DNA from: Candidatus Magasanikiibacteriota bacterium
GTDB taxonomy: Bacteria > Patescibacteriota > Patescibacteriia > Magasanikbacterales > UBA922
Assembly (NCBI GenBank): GCA_003482855.1
Contig: DMXO01000006.1
Location: 15,052 to 79,051, forward strand
Direction of reading: 5' to 3'
Length of the DNA stretch: 64,000 nucleotides
Below are positions 10,346 through 18,943 of the stretch, piece by piece; positions within the stretch are counted from its first letter, which is position 1; each line of letters starts with the position of its first letter. Below the pieces are notes generated by a model. The model saw only the letters and a program-made list of their open reading frames with translations. It searched no databases and was not told the DNA's origin. The position numbers were made by a program, and so were the translations under genes.

Positions 10346-10598
10346 CCTGTGCACACAATAAGCAAAAACACACATACCCTGTTTACAAACACAGAGGTTA
10401 TCAACACCAAAACACAGCCAAAAACAAAATCAAAAACTAATCAACAAATTCACACAAAAACTCACACGACATATCCCCACAAAGAGGCAAACAAAAAAGG
10501 CTAACAATAAAACAAAACAACACTTTTCCACACAGTCCACAACACTTACTATTATCACAAGTTTAAAATATAAATTAAATAACCTAATAAACAGTAAT
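10346..10598 (+). promoter_or_regulatory. Candidate oriC / DnaA-box region between dnaA and dnaN with extreme C+A strand bias and an AT-rich 3' end
   Basis: DnaA-box variants TTATCAACA (about 10396), TTTTCCACA (about 10522), GTCCACAAC and TTATCACAA (about 10549). The plus strand is almost devoid of G and T for about 200 nt, and an AT-rich stretch follows at 10558-10598. Confidence 0.45.
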
Positions 10599-11726
10599 AT
10601 GAAATTTACTTGTACAAGAGAAAATCTGGTGTACACTCTCGATTTGGTGAGTTCTCTTGCGAGCAAGCACGTAAATCTTCCTATACTTACCAATGTTTTG
10701 GTGAAAGCAACTGATTCTGGTGTGGAAGTCAGTGCGACAAATTTAGAAATAGCAGTAAAAACTCATTTACGTGCAAAGGTGGAAGAGCAAGGGTCTTTTA
10801 CTATACCAGCAAAGACGCTTTCAGATTATGTCCGTCTACTTACCAATGAACAGGTAGATGTGCAACTGAAAGAAAATGAACTTGTTATTACTTGCGGGAA
10901 TTCTAGTACAAAAATAAAAGGATCTTCTGCCGAAGAATATCCACTTATACCAGACGTAGAAGAACAGCACGCATATACCCTTGATGTAAATACGTTTAAA
11001 GATATTCTGTCCAAAACAGCTGTTGCCGTTTCAAAAAATGAAATACGCCCAGAACTTTCTGGCGTTTACTTTCATTTTTTGAGTGATCGTTATGATGGAT
11101 TGGTGTTGGCTGCCACAGACTCATATCGACTTGCAGAGGCTCGTATGTCTATTGCTCAGGGTGGAGATAGAGATGTCGTTTGTATAGTGCCAGCCCGAGT
11201 AGTTTATGAAATGATACGTTTATTGCAGCTTGGTAAGAGTCATGAAGGAGAAGAAAATGTTCGTGTGTGGGTAAGTGAAAATCAAATTGCAATAAGATAT
11301 GATAATTTTGAGATGACCAGTCGCCTTATAGATGGAAAATATCCTGATTACACTCAAATCATCCCAAAAGATTTCAAGACCAAATCTCTGTTTCCTCTTG
11401 ATGTCATGACAAACAAAATAAAAGCAGCGAGCTTATTTACTACCACAGGTGTAAATGCAGTGAGTTTTGACCTCAATGTTTCACAAAATACAATCGGTGT
11501 TTCTTCGTCAAGCACACAGGCAGGTGAACACAGTTCAGAGATAGAAGCAACCCTTCAAGGAGAAGAAAATTCAATATTGCTCAATCATCGGTATGTTCTT
11601 GATGGGCTTGCTCATATGGAAAGCGACGAGGTAGAATTTATGGTCAATAGTGCAGAGGCACCTTGTATGTTTACCCCAAAAAATAATAAAGACTATTTGT
11701 ATATTGTGATGCCGATACGGCAGTAA
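10599..11726 (+). CDS. dnaN: DNA polymerase III beta sliding clamp
   Basis: 375 aa, MKFTCTRENLVYTLDLVSSLASKHVNLPILTNVLVKA, with a three-domain clamp architecture, located immediately after dnaA. Confidence 0.9.
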   Translation: MKFTCTRENLVYTLDLVSSLASKHVNLPILTNVLVKATDSGVEVSATNLEIAVKTHLRAKVEEQGSFTIPAKTLSDYVRLLTNEQVDVQLKENELVITCGNSSTKIKGSSAEEYPLIPDVEEQHAYTLDVNTFKDILSKTAVAVSKNEIRPELSGVYFHFLSDRYDGLVLAATDSYRLAEARMSIAQGGDRDVVCIVPARVVYEMIRLLQLGKSHEGEENVRVWVSENQIAIRYDNFEMTSRLIDGKYPDYTQIIPKDFKTKSLFPLDVMTNKIKAASLFTTTGVNAVSFDLNVSQNTIGVSSSSTQAGEHSSEIEATLQGEENSILLNHRYVLDGLAHMESDEVEFMVNSAEAPCMFTPKNNKDYLYIVMPIRQ

Positions 11727-11756
11727 AAAAGAACAAAAACTAAAGTTTAAAAAATT

Positions 11757-11790
11757 AAAACAACGCCTGCGGGTGTTGTTTTTTTGTTTG
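11757..11790. terminator. Bidirectional hairpin terminator between convergent dnaN and the TrmB-like gene
   Basis: aacaacgcctgcgggtgttgtttttttg hairpin with a T tract. Confidence 0.5.
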
Positions 11791-11797
11791 AATATGT

Positions 11798-12556
11798 TTA
11801 TAACATTCGTCCACTATTCCACGCCATATTAAATAGCGTCTTGTATGTTTCAGCAATGTTTGGTGATTCAATAATTGTCGCAAATATTTGTTCTTTTACA
11901 GAAAAAATAATAAGTGTGTTTCCATATAACATATTATCTGTTTGAAAGAAACGGCCCTCATTGCGAATAAGTCTGATATTATGCTGGGGATTAAGTTTTG
12001 AAGATGTTTTATAATATTTCCTTGTCTCATGGTCGTCATTGCCAATTTCACGGATTGGATTATTTGATTTTGCCATTATTTGATAAAAATAATCAACGAC
12101 ACTCGTTTCAAAATGTTCAGCCGCATCTTTGAGAGAACCGTAGATAATTAATTCTTCCTGTGGGTGGTGTGAGAGATATGTGAAAATCCCATTATACACA
12201 CTACGCACGCCAGACACACCTTCTGCTATTTTGATATTTGGTTTTTCTGGATCAATATTATGTATAGCTTTCAGAGAAGGAAGAATTCCTTTGACTAGTT
12301 GTGTCTTTGTTTTTAAGTCAGTTAATAGTCGTTCAGGGCTCTCTGCTTCATAGAGTATCTTGTTTCTTTGTATTGTTTTGCTCACCAATCCGCGTCTTTC
12401 TAGGTCATCTAAAATAAGATATACAGTTGGCCGTTTTAAATTAGCGCTTCTAGATATATTCAAGACAGTATCAACTCCGAGTTGAAGCGTAGCAATATAT
12501 ACTGATGCCTGGTTTTCAGATAATCCAGTTTGTTTTAGCGTTTTTATAAGGTCCAT
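11798..12556 (-). CDS. TrmB-family transcriptional regulator (N-terminal wHTH)
   Basis: N-terminus GLSENQASVYIATLQLGVDTVLNISRSANLKRPTVYLILDDLERRGLV matches the TrmB HTH pattern (LGLSExEAKVY..LL..G..T..EIA....V.R..VY..L..L...GLV). Confidence 0.7.
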   Translation of the reverse strand: MDLIKTLKQTGLSENQASVYIATLQLGVDTVLNISRSANLKRPTVYLILDDLERRGLVSKTIQRNKILYEAESPERLLTDLKTKTQLVKGILPSLKAIHNIDPEKPNIKIAEGVSGVRSVYNGIFTYLSHHPQEELIIYGSLKDAAEHFETSVVDYFYQIMAKSNNPIREIGNDDHETRKYYKTSSKLNPQHNIRLIRNEGRFFQTDNMLYGNTLIIFSVKEQIFATIIESPNIAETYKTLFNMAWNSGRML

Positions 12557-12727
12557 ATGCTTATATTATATATAAAATTTTATAAAATGTCAAGTTATTT
12601 GACAACATTATTTTATAAAAATATCTAAGATTAGCTAAATAATATTTTTTAATTACAAATTATGTTATAAATATTGATCAAATTATCAAAAAATGTTATA
12701 ATTTGTCGTTCTGTTCTTTAAAAGAAA

Positions 12728-12783
12728 GTGTCCGTCTACAGTAGATTCCTTCTGGAATAAAGAAGTTTGCTGTGGACGGACAC
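12728..12783. other. Long imperfect hairpin (gtgtccgtctacag ... ctgtggacggacac) at the left edge of GC-rich islet 1
   Basis: 14-nt arms with one mismatch, separated by about 28 nt that themselves contain an inner cttc/gaag stem. Confidence 0.6.
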
Positions 12784-12810
12784 CTGAACTCAATACACTG
12801 GAGAATGCAC

Positions 12811-13377
12811 ATGTTCCAGAAGCTGGACCCGTTCTACTGGTTCCTCAAGGCGATGCTCCGCGGTTTCTTCAAGGTCGAATTGAAGTCCGAGGAGGTGGAC
12901 TTCATCAGCGACAATATCCAGAAGCACCGAAAGGTGCTCTGGATCAACTTGATCGCGGCGATTTTCGTGGTTCTAGCACTCAGCAAAACGGACGCAAAGG
13001 ACATCGCCACTCTCATCACCGCTTTGCTGGCTCCCGTCATGGTGATGGGCGGGGCCTGGTTCGCGATTTCGTTTGGCGCGATTCCCGCCAAGCTCATGAA
13101 CGTCTCGTTGTCTTGTACTATGTGGATGTTCACGGCATTTCTAACATCACTCACGACGATGTTTATCGCAGTGGGGTTTGTTACCCCAGCGGTCGTGTGG
13201 CCTGTGCTTGGTATCGTCTACCTCAGCGCCCTGTTCGCTTGTATCCAGTATGATACAGCGGACGGAATGAAAGCTGGGCTGGATGAGGCCCAGCTACGCC
13301 ACTCACGGGCGGCAGTCCGCTACTACAAGAAGCAAGGGATCGATCCTGACGCCATCGAGCAGGCGTCGAAGGAGTGA
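12811..13377 (+). CDS. Compositionally foreign (GC-rich) 4-TM membrane protein of unknown function
   Basis: GGAGA RBS 6 nt upstream of ATG 12811. Product MFQKLDPFYWFLKAMLRGFF... has 4 predicted TM helices and a charged C-terminal tail. Sampled 60-nt stretches run 52-65% GC with a GC-rich third codon position, versus 27-40% in neighbouring genes. The ORF track entry starts at GTG 12772. Confidence 0.55.
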   Translation: MFQKLDPFYWFLKAMLRGFFKVELKSEEVDFISDNIQKHRKVLWINLIAAIFVVLALSKTDAKDIATLITALLAPVMVMGGAWFAISFGAIPAKLMNVSLSCTMWMFTAFLTSLTTMFIAVGFVTPAVVWPVLGIVYLSALFACIQYDTADGMKAGLDEAQLRHSRAAVRYYKKQGIDPDAIEQASKE

Positions 13378-13488
13378 ACAGACAAGCGCTGGCACTGGAG
13401 GGCCGGCGTCGAAGGAGGGGGTGGCGATGCACTGTGCAGACGCCACCAACTTCGACTATCATTTTTATAAATAGAAATGATTGAGAAC

Positions 13489-13520
13489 AAAAAATACCAC
13501 ATAATCTGCGGTATTTTTTG
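13489..13520 (+). terminator. Rho-independent terminator after the GC-rich ORF
   Basis: aaaataccacataatctgcggtatttttt hairpin plus T tract, in native AT-rich sequence. Confidence 0.6.
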
Positions 13521-13529
13521 TTTATATTT

Positions 13530-13589
13530 TTATTGCGAAAAGAAGGTATAAAACTTCTGATCTAAGCGACACCTTCCTCGCAATTTCAT
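13530..13589. repeat. Copy A of a palindromic 3'-end element shared with 58705-58809
   Basis: ttattgcgaaaagaaggtataaaacttctgatctaagcgacaccttcctcgcaatttcat. Its terminal tca is the TGA stop of the minus-strand PBP gene. The arms attgcgaaaagaaggtg / caccttcctcgcaat form a hairpin. Confidence 0.7.
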
Positions 13590-16504
13590 TGTATCACTAT
13601 TTTTATTCTTTCGCTTTCTCTTACCTCGCCACCGAGCCCCACCACTTGTGCAATGAGAGTGTAGTTTCCAGCACCCGGATAATTGCTCCAGTCAAGAATA
13701 ATCTGGTTGTTAAAGAGACTTGAGAAGTTATTTGTTTGAGATACTAGGACTGATTCTTCACTATCCTTTTGATAATACAATCGCACCTCTTCCAATTCAT
13801 TTAGTTTGTTATGATTGAATGCAATAGATAGAGGAAAATCATCAGAAGAAAGATTATTGTAGTTTCCGTTGAAAGAAATACCTGCGGGTATAGGGTTAGC
13901 ATCCAGAATAAAATGGATATCCTGGTCTAATTTATTGCCTACATCATCCTCTACAGTCACTGTGAGTGTGTGCTCACCTGGGTCTAGATTATTGGCGTCA
14001 TAATTGAGATTGAATGGGTGTGTGCGTACAATATCTACATAGGCGCCATCTATGCGATACGTGACTTTGGTGACACCACGAGGCGCGGTGACCTGTATGT
14101 CTGTGCTTATGTGTCTTGATGTAAGTACTTGCCCTTCTGTTGGATATATTATTTCAAGATTGGGAATAAGCTCTAGACTATGCATATCATCATATTCAGT
14201 GGGTGGATCCTCGAAGCTCATATTCCATTCAGGGTCTTCTGCTTTTTTGCGTTCAATCCATTCTTGTATACCTTTTTCCCATCCTATATATTGGGGGTCA
14301 TCCTCAGGGTGCTCAGGCGCATTTCCACGGGGGTCATCTTTTTGCACATAATGTAGTATAGAATGTGGTTGGATAAATGTTTTTTCTTCTATATATTTTT
14401 CTGGCGTAGAACTTGTAGCAATTTTGCCGGTAACTTTGTCAACAAGAAGCGTTATGCCACCTTCCGCAGAGCCTTTGAGTATCGGTTTTTCAGCGGTGTT
14501 TGGTGGTGGAGCAGGGAATGTTTCTACAGGCGTATTTTCGAGAGTGTCTCTCATGAAGAGATTCCATAGTTTTGCTGCTACCATACTACCGGTCGCTCCT
14601 TGCTTCATAGGAGTATTGTTTGTGTTTCCTACCCAAATTCCTGTGACAAGACTCGGTGTGTATCCTACGGTCCATGCATCAATATAATTGTTTGTGGTGC
14701 CTGTTTTTACTGCTAACGGACGCCCAGGGAGTGTAAGAGGTCCATTGGCTCCAAATGTATAGGCGCGCGCGGCATCATCACTAAGTACATTTGACATGGT
14801 TGCTGCCAACTCTGGCTCAAGCACGCGGTTTCCTTTTTCTTTTTTCCATTCTTCAAGTACTTTACCATTGCTATCTTCAACTTTTAATACACTGATAGGA
14901 GAGTATTGAATGCCATTATTCGCAAAAGATGCATACGCATTGGTATGATCAATTAATTTTACCTCTCCACCACCAAGTACAAGGGTTAACCCAAATTCTC
15001 CTTGTCCCAGAGTCGTGTATCCGAGTCGTTCGGCAAAGTCGATTGTGTTTTTTTCCCCAACTAGATACATGGTTTTGACCGCAGGTATATTGAGAGATCC
15101 TTGTAGGGCTTTTCTCATGCTGAGGGGGCCATATTCTTTTAGGTCATAGTTTTGAGGAGTATATGGTTTACCTGACACTGCAAAATTGGTAAGTACATCA
15201 TACAAAATAGTGTCCGGTGTGTATCCCTTTTCAAAGGCAGCTGCATATACAATAGGTTTGAACGAAGATCCCGGCTGTCGTTTGCCAAGTGTCGCGACAT
15301 TGAATTGTCCGTCAATTTCTTCGTCAAAAAAATTACGTGATCCAACCATAGCCAAAATATGTCCTGTCTTTGGATCTATGGCTACGAGTGCTGCATTGTC
15401 TGCCTCTGCTCCATCCAAGATTTCTTTTCCATCCTCTTTGGTAATCACTGACTCAGCTATCTGTTGTTTGTCCCAGTCGAGAGATGTTATTACTTTGAGT
15501 CCGCCTGTTTCTACCAATGCTTCTCCATATTTTTCTACCAACTGTTCTTTTACATAAAGTACAAAATGAGGAGCTTGTATATCATTGAAATGCTGTTTAA
15601 TCTCAAGAGGTTCTGCTTGAGCATTATTTTTTTCATCCTCTTGTATATATCCTTCTTCATACATACGGAGCAAGACGAAATCCCTTCGTGCTTTGAGTGC
15701 ATCTGTGTCATTGAGATATCTTGAAGGAGCTTTTGGCAGACCGGCAAGTGTGGCTGACTCTGCGAGCGTAAGATCAGAAACATGTTTACCAAAATAACTT
15801 TGGGCAGCTGATTCTATACCATAGTTAGTTGAGCCATAGGGGATTTCATTGAAATATATTTTAAGTATTTGATCTTTTGTATATTTTTGTTCAAGACGGA
15901 ATGTGAGGATGACTTCTTTCAGTTTTCGTACATATGATCGTTCAGTTGTGAGTATGGCATTTTTTACAAGCTGCTGTGTGAGCGTCGAGGCACCGCTGCC
16001 TACGCGTTTATTCGTAAAAAGGCCGACGAGAATAGAGCGCAATATTGAAAAAGGTCGTATACCATGATGCTCATAAAATGTTGTATCTTCTGTGGCAATG
16101 ACCCCGTCTATTACTTGTTGGGGTACATTATCTAGTTCTACGATGGTTCGGCGCTCATCTGCAAATATTTCATACAGAAGATGTTCTCCTGTTTTGTCAT
16201 AAATTTTGGTACTTTGGGCTATCTGTCTATCTGTCAATTTATCAGGATCTGGAAGATCTTTGCTGGCCCATGCAAAGAGGACGGTAGTAAACAAAAAACC
16301 AAATACAAACAGGGTTAGCCCGCCTATGAGAATTGGTTTTTTCAAATTATGTCGTCTGATAGTACCCCGGGTTTTTTTGAGGACTTTTGTCCATGATCCT
16401 TTTTTGGAGCTATTCGGTCTATTTTTTTTGAAAAAACTGCGTTTTTTTGTATTTTGGTTGCCAATGTACCCGTATGAACGTTTATTGAGTTGGGGGATAG
16501 GCAT
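13586..16504 (-). CDS. Class A penicillin-binding protein (GT51 transglycosylase + transpeptidase) with about 250-aa C-terminal extension
   Basis: 972 aa with an N-terminal membrane anchor. GT51 motifs (EDTTFYEHHGIRP, RKxxE) and transpeptidase motifs (SSFKP, SLN, KTGTT). The C-terminal region is likely beta-rich repeat domains. Confidence 0.9.
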   Translation of the reverse strand: MPIPQLNKRSYGYIGNQNTKKRSFFKKNRPNSSKKGSWTKVLKKTRGTIRRHNLKKPILIGGLTLFVFGFLFTTVLFAWASKDLPDPDKLTDRQIAQSTKIYDKTGEHLLYEIFADERRTIVELDNVPQQVIDGVIATEDTTFYEHHGIRPFSILRSILVGLFTNKRVGSGASTLTQQLVKNAILTTERSYVRKLKEVILTFRLEQKYTKDQILKIYFNEIPYGSTNYGIESAAQSYFGKHVSDLTLAESATLAGLPKAPSRYLNDTDALKARRDFVLLRMYEEGYIQEDEKNNAQAEPLEIKQHFNDIQAPHFVLYVKEQLVEKYGEALVETGGLKVITSLDWDKQQIAESVITKEDGKEILDGAEADNAALVAIDPKTGHILAMVGSRNFFDEEIDGQFNVATLGKRQPGSSFKPIVYAAAFEKGYTPDTILYDVLTNFAVSGKPYTPQNYDLKEYGPLSMRKALQGSLNIPAVKTMYLVGEKNTIDFAERLGYTTLGQGEFGLTLVLGGGEVKLIDHTNAYASFANNGIQYSPISVLKVEDSNGKVLEEWKKEKGNRVLEPELAATMSNVLSDDAARAYTFGANGPLTLPGRPLAVKTGTTNNYIDAWTVGYTPSLVTGIWVGNTNNTPMKQGATGSMVAAKLWNLFMRDTLENTPVETFPAPPPNTAEKPILKGSAEGGITLLVDKVTGKIATSSTPEKYIEEKTFIQPHSILHYVQKDDPRGNAPEHPEDDPQYIGWEKGIQEWIERKKAEDPEWNMSFEDPPTEYDDMHSLELIPNLEIIYPTEGQVLTSRHISTDIQVTAPRGVTKVTYRIDGAYVDIVRTHPFNLNYDANNLDPGEHTLTVTVEDDVGNKLDQDIHFILDANPIPAGISFNGNYNNLSSDDFPLSIAFNHNKLNELEEVRLYYQKDSEESVLVSQTNNFSSLFNNQIILDWSNYPGAGNYTLIAQVVGLGGEVRESERIKIVIQ

Positions 16505-16549
16505 AATTATGTATAGAATTGTATTTATGATACATATTGTATCAAACTA

Positions 16550-16578
16550 TTGACAAAAATACCATTTTATGATATAGT
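16550..16578 (+). promoter_or_regulatory. sigma70-like promoter (TTGACA-17-TATAGT) upstream of the 3D-domain gene
   Basis: ttgacaaaaataccattttatgatatagt. A hairpin followed by a T tract (agatacttgaatatagtatcttttt) lies in the leader at about 16598-16625. Confidence 0.4.
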
Positions 16579-16659
16579 ATCGCACCAATGAAAAGAGATA
16601 CTTGAATATAGTATCTTTTTAATTGGGAATCGATATATTTCGCTTATTTAAGCAAAAAT

Positions 16660-17199
16660 ATGTATTTCTTTAAGAGACAACCGGGCAGACAATTTGTTGA
16701 ATTATCTATAGCTATACTTGTTATTTGGGCTTTTGTTGCCAATAGTTTGGTTCCTCAAACAGTAGAAGCAAAAACGTTCGATTTTGGCCTAATTTCACGT
16801 TTTTTTACCCAAGATAACGAACAAATAGTTGATGACTCTTTATCTAGTTTTCCATCGGTATCTGATGCAGATCCACGGCAAGTGATGTGGGTTACTATGA
16901 CCGCTTATTCCAGTGATGTGGCACAGACTGATAGTACTCCTTGTATCCCAGCTGATGCATCATATGACTTGTGTGAACATTATGAGGAATATGGGGAACA
17001 AAATACGATTGCAACCAATTTTCTTCCTATGGGTACGCAAGTTCGTTTTCCGGACTTGTACGGCGACAAAGTGTTTGTGGTGAGAGACCGTATGAATGCC
17101 CGTTATGGGAGAGGTCGTGGAGATTTTTGGATGCCAGAGCGTGAACTTGCAAAAAATTTTGGAGTGAAGCGTGTGCAGATGGAAGTTTACTATAGATAA
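16660..17199 (+). CDS. Secreted 3D-domain (MltA/RlpA-like) cell-wall-binding protein
   Basis: Signal anchor at the N-terminus. The C-terminal VTMTAYSS...TDSTPCI...LPMGTQVRFPDLYGDKVFVVRDRMNARYGRGRGDFWMP matches the 3D domain with its conserved Asp positions. Confidence 0.6.
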   Translation: MYFFKRQPGRQFVELSIAILVIWAFVANSLVPQTVEAKTFDFGLISRFFTQDNEQIVDDSLSSFPSVSDADPRQVMWVTMTAYSSDVAQTDSTPCIPADASYDLCEHYEEYGEQNTIATNFLPMGTQVRFPDLYGDKVFVVRDRMNARYGRGRGDFWMPERELAKNFGVKRVQMEVYYR

Positions 17200-17210
17200 A
17201 ATAATTTTTT

Positions 17211-17236
17211 CATATGAACCCGCCATACTGGCGGGT
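17211..17236 (+). terminator. Rho-independent terminator
   Basis: aacccgccatactggcgggtt is a perfect 8-bp stem followed by ttgtgt. Confidence 0.75.
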
Positions 17237-17281
17237 TTTGTGTACTTGAAATTGACAGTGTATTATGATATTCTGAGTATG

Positions 17282-17352
17282 TTATTTTTATGGTACGGTA
17301 GCCAAGCGGTAAGGCAGAGGTCTGCAAAACCTCTATGCGCGGGTTCGATTCC
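17282..17352 (+). tRNA. tRNA-Cys (GCA)
   Basis: GGTACGGTAGCCAAGCGGTAAGGCAGAGGTCTGCAAAACCTCTATGCGCGGGTTCGATTCCCGCCCGTACC folds as a cloverleaf with anticodon loop CUGCAAA. No CCA is encoded. A hairpin with T tract follows at 17358-17395. Confidence 0.85.
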
Positions 17353-17450
17353 CGCCCGTACCTCGAGAACAGTCTGCTCATTTGCGGACTGTTTTGTATT
17401 TTTGTGCCCGTTGATTTTTGTCATGTTTTCGGGTATAGTGAAGACTACCT

Positions 17451-18839
17451 ATGCAAATAAATTGGTACAAGTTATTTCTATATATTTTGCGCGGTCTTGT
17501 ATATGGGAAGAGGGGTATTTTTTGGTTATTGAGCAAAATTTGGAAAGGTCTTTTGAAGATAAACGATGCGTACAAGAGGAACCTTGGTTTTTTGTTGTAC
17601 AAAATGATTTTTTATACTAAGAGGCATATACATAAATTTTCTTTTACTCGTAAGGAGAGTAAGCTTGAATTTTTTGGTAGACGTGGGACACTTCAGACAA
17701 TTTTATTTTTTATTTTTTGTGTTATATTGTTTCCCCATAGCAGATTTTATACAAAAGCATATACGGATTTGCCTGGTAGTAGCTCTCTTTTATACAAGAT
17801 GGTCATTTCAGGAAATCAAGATTTGGGATATGATGAGATCGTATTGGCAGACGATAGTGTTGAGGGTACAGTCCAAAATTCATCTTGGAAACAAGGTTCT
17901 TTGGTGGTCGGAGATCAGTCAAACATTGCTTCACCGTCTACAGGGCCACAGGATTTGGCAGGTGTATCTACAGGTGGTAATGCACTGACGAAACCTATTA
18001 TTATGCCTGGTGTTGATGTCGGCACTTCGTCTTCAGGTAGTGCCCCAGCAAAAACAGGTCGTTCAGAGATAGTATATTATGAAGTACAATCGGGTGATGT
18101 AATAGGGCAAATTGCAGAGAAGTTTGGAGTTAGTATTGATACTATTTTGTGGGCAAATGATTTGACCGCTCGTTCTTATATTCGTCCAGGACAAAGCTTG
18201 GCTATTTTGCCCGTAGACGGTGTGACACACAAAGTGGTGAGTGGAGATACTGTTTTGAAGATTGCGAAAAAATATCTTGCCGATGCATCAGAAGTTATTT
18301 CATATAATAAACTTCAAGAAAATGGCGCTGATATTGTGGTTGGCGAGGTCTTACTCATACCTGGTGGAGAAAAACCTCAACCAGTCCAGACAGCTCCTCG
18401 TTATACACCTTCCACGCCATCTTCATTTAGCAAGATAGTAGCTCCTCCACCGTCAGTTTCTGCTCCAGCTGGTTCTGGGTTTTTGTGGCCAACTACCATT
18501 ACTTATATATCTCAATATTTTAGTTGGAGACATGGTGGCCTTGATTTGGCAGGTCCTGTTGGTAACCCTATATATGCGTCGAAATCAGGTACAGTTTTGA
18601 AAGCTCAATGTGGGTGGAATTGGGGATACGGTTGTTATGTTCATTTAGACAACGGCAGTGGTATTGAAACTATCTATGCGCACGCATCGCAACTCTTAGT
18701 TTCTCCTGGAGATTATGTGAATCAAGGACAGACTATTGCGCTTAGTGGTAATACAGGAAATTCTACCGGTCCCCATCTTCATTTTGAAATACATGTGAAT
18801 GGTGTACGGCAAAATCCGTTGGCTTATATCAGAAAATAA
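17451..18839 (+). CDS. LysM-domain (x2) M23-family metallopeptidase
   Basis: Two LysM repeats (YEVQSGDVIGQIAEKFGVSIDTILWAND; HKVVSGDTVLKIAKKYL) and a C-terminal M23 domain (HGGLDLAG...YVHLDNGSGIETIYAHAS...GNTGNSTGPHLHFEIH). The true start may be the internal Met at 17604. Confidence 0.85.
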   Translation: MQINWYKLFLYILRGLVYGKRGIFWLLSKIWKGLLKINDAYKRNLGFLLYKMIFYTKRHIHKFSFTRKESKLEFFGRRGTLQTILFFIFCVILFPHSRFYTKAYTDLPGSSSLLYKMVISGNQDLGYDEIVLADDSVEGTVQNSSWKQGSLVVGDQSNIASPSTGPQDLAGVSTGGNALTKPIIMPGVDVGTSSSGSAPAKTGRSEIVYYEVQSGDVIGQIAEKFGVSIDTILWANDLTARSYIRPGQSLAILPVDGVTHKVVSGDTVLKIAKKYLADASEVISYNKLQENGADIVVGEVLLIPGGEKPQPVQTAPRYTPSTPSSFSKIVAPPPSVSAPAGSGFLWPTTITYISQYFSWRHGGLDLAGPVGNPIYASKSGTVLKAQCGWNWGYGCYVHLDNGSGIETIYAHASQLLVSPGDYVNQGQTIALSGNTGNSTGPHLHFEIHVNGVRQNPLAYIRK

Positions 18840-18875
18840 AAGATTTTTTCATTTATTTGCATCGTAAATAAATTG

Positions 18876-18905
18876 TGATATAAAACCGATCATGTAAGTG
18901 ATCGG
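18876..18905. terminator. Bidirectional terminator hairpin between convergent genes
   Basis: aaaccgatcatgtaagtgatcggttt followed by gttgt. Confidence 0.6.
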
Positions 18906-18943
18906 TTTGTTGTATGGAATTATAAGTTTTGATTGAAATATAT

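Noticed and set aside
10430-10693. 87-aa minus-strand ORF over the dnaA-dnaN spacer
   Set aside because: Produced by the G+T-only composition of that strand (Val/Phe/Leu/Cys run). No RBS, and it overlaps the dnaN start.
12834-13462. Minus-strand ORFs (106 aa and 79 aa) and 63-aa plus ORF inside GC-rich islet 1
   Set aside because: Antisense or overlapping shadow ORFs expected in high-GC DNA; the plus-strand membrane protein has the RBS and TM periodicity.
16598-16625. Hairpin plus T tract in the leader of the 3D-domain gene as a riboswitch (e.g. c-di-AMP)
   Set aside because: The leader is too short (about 80 nt) for the ydaO aptamer; retained only as a note under the promoter feature.
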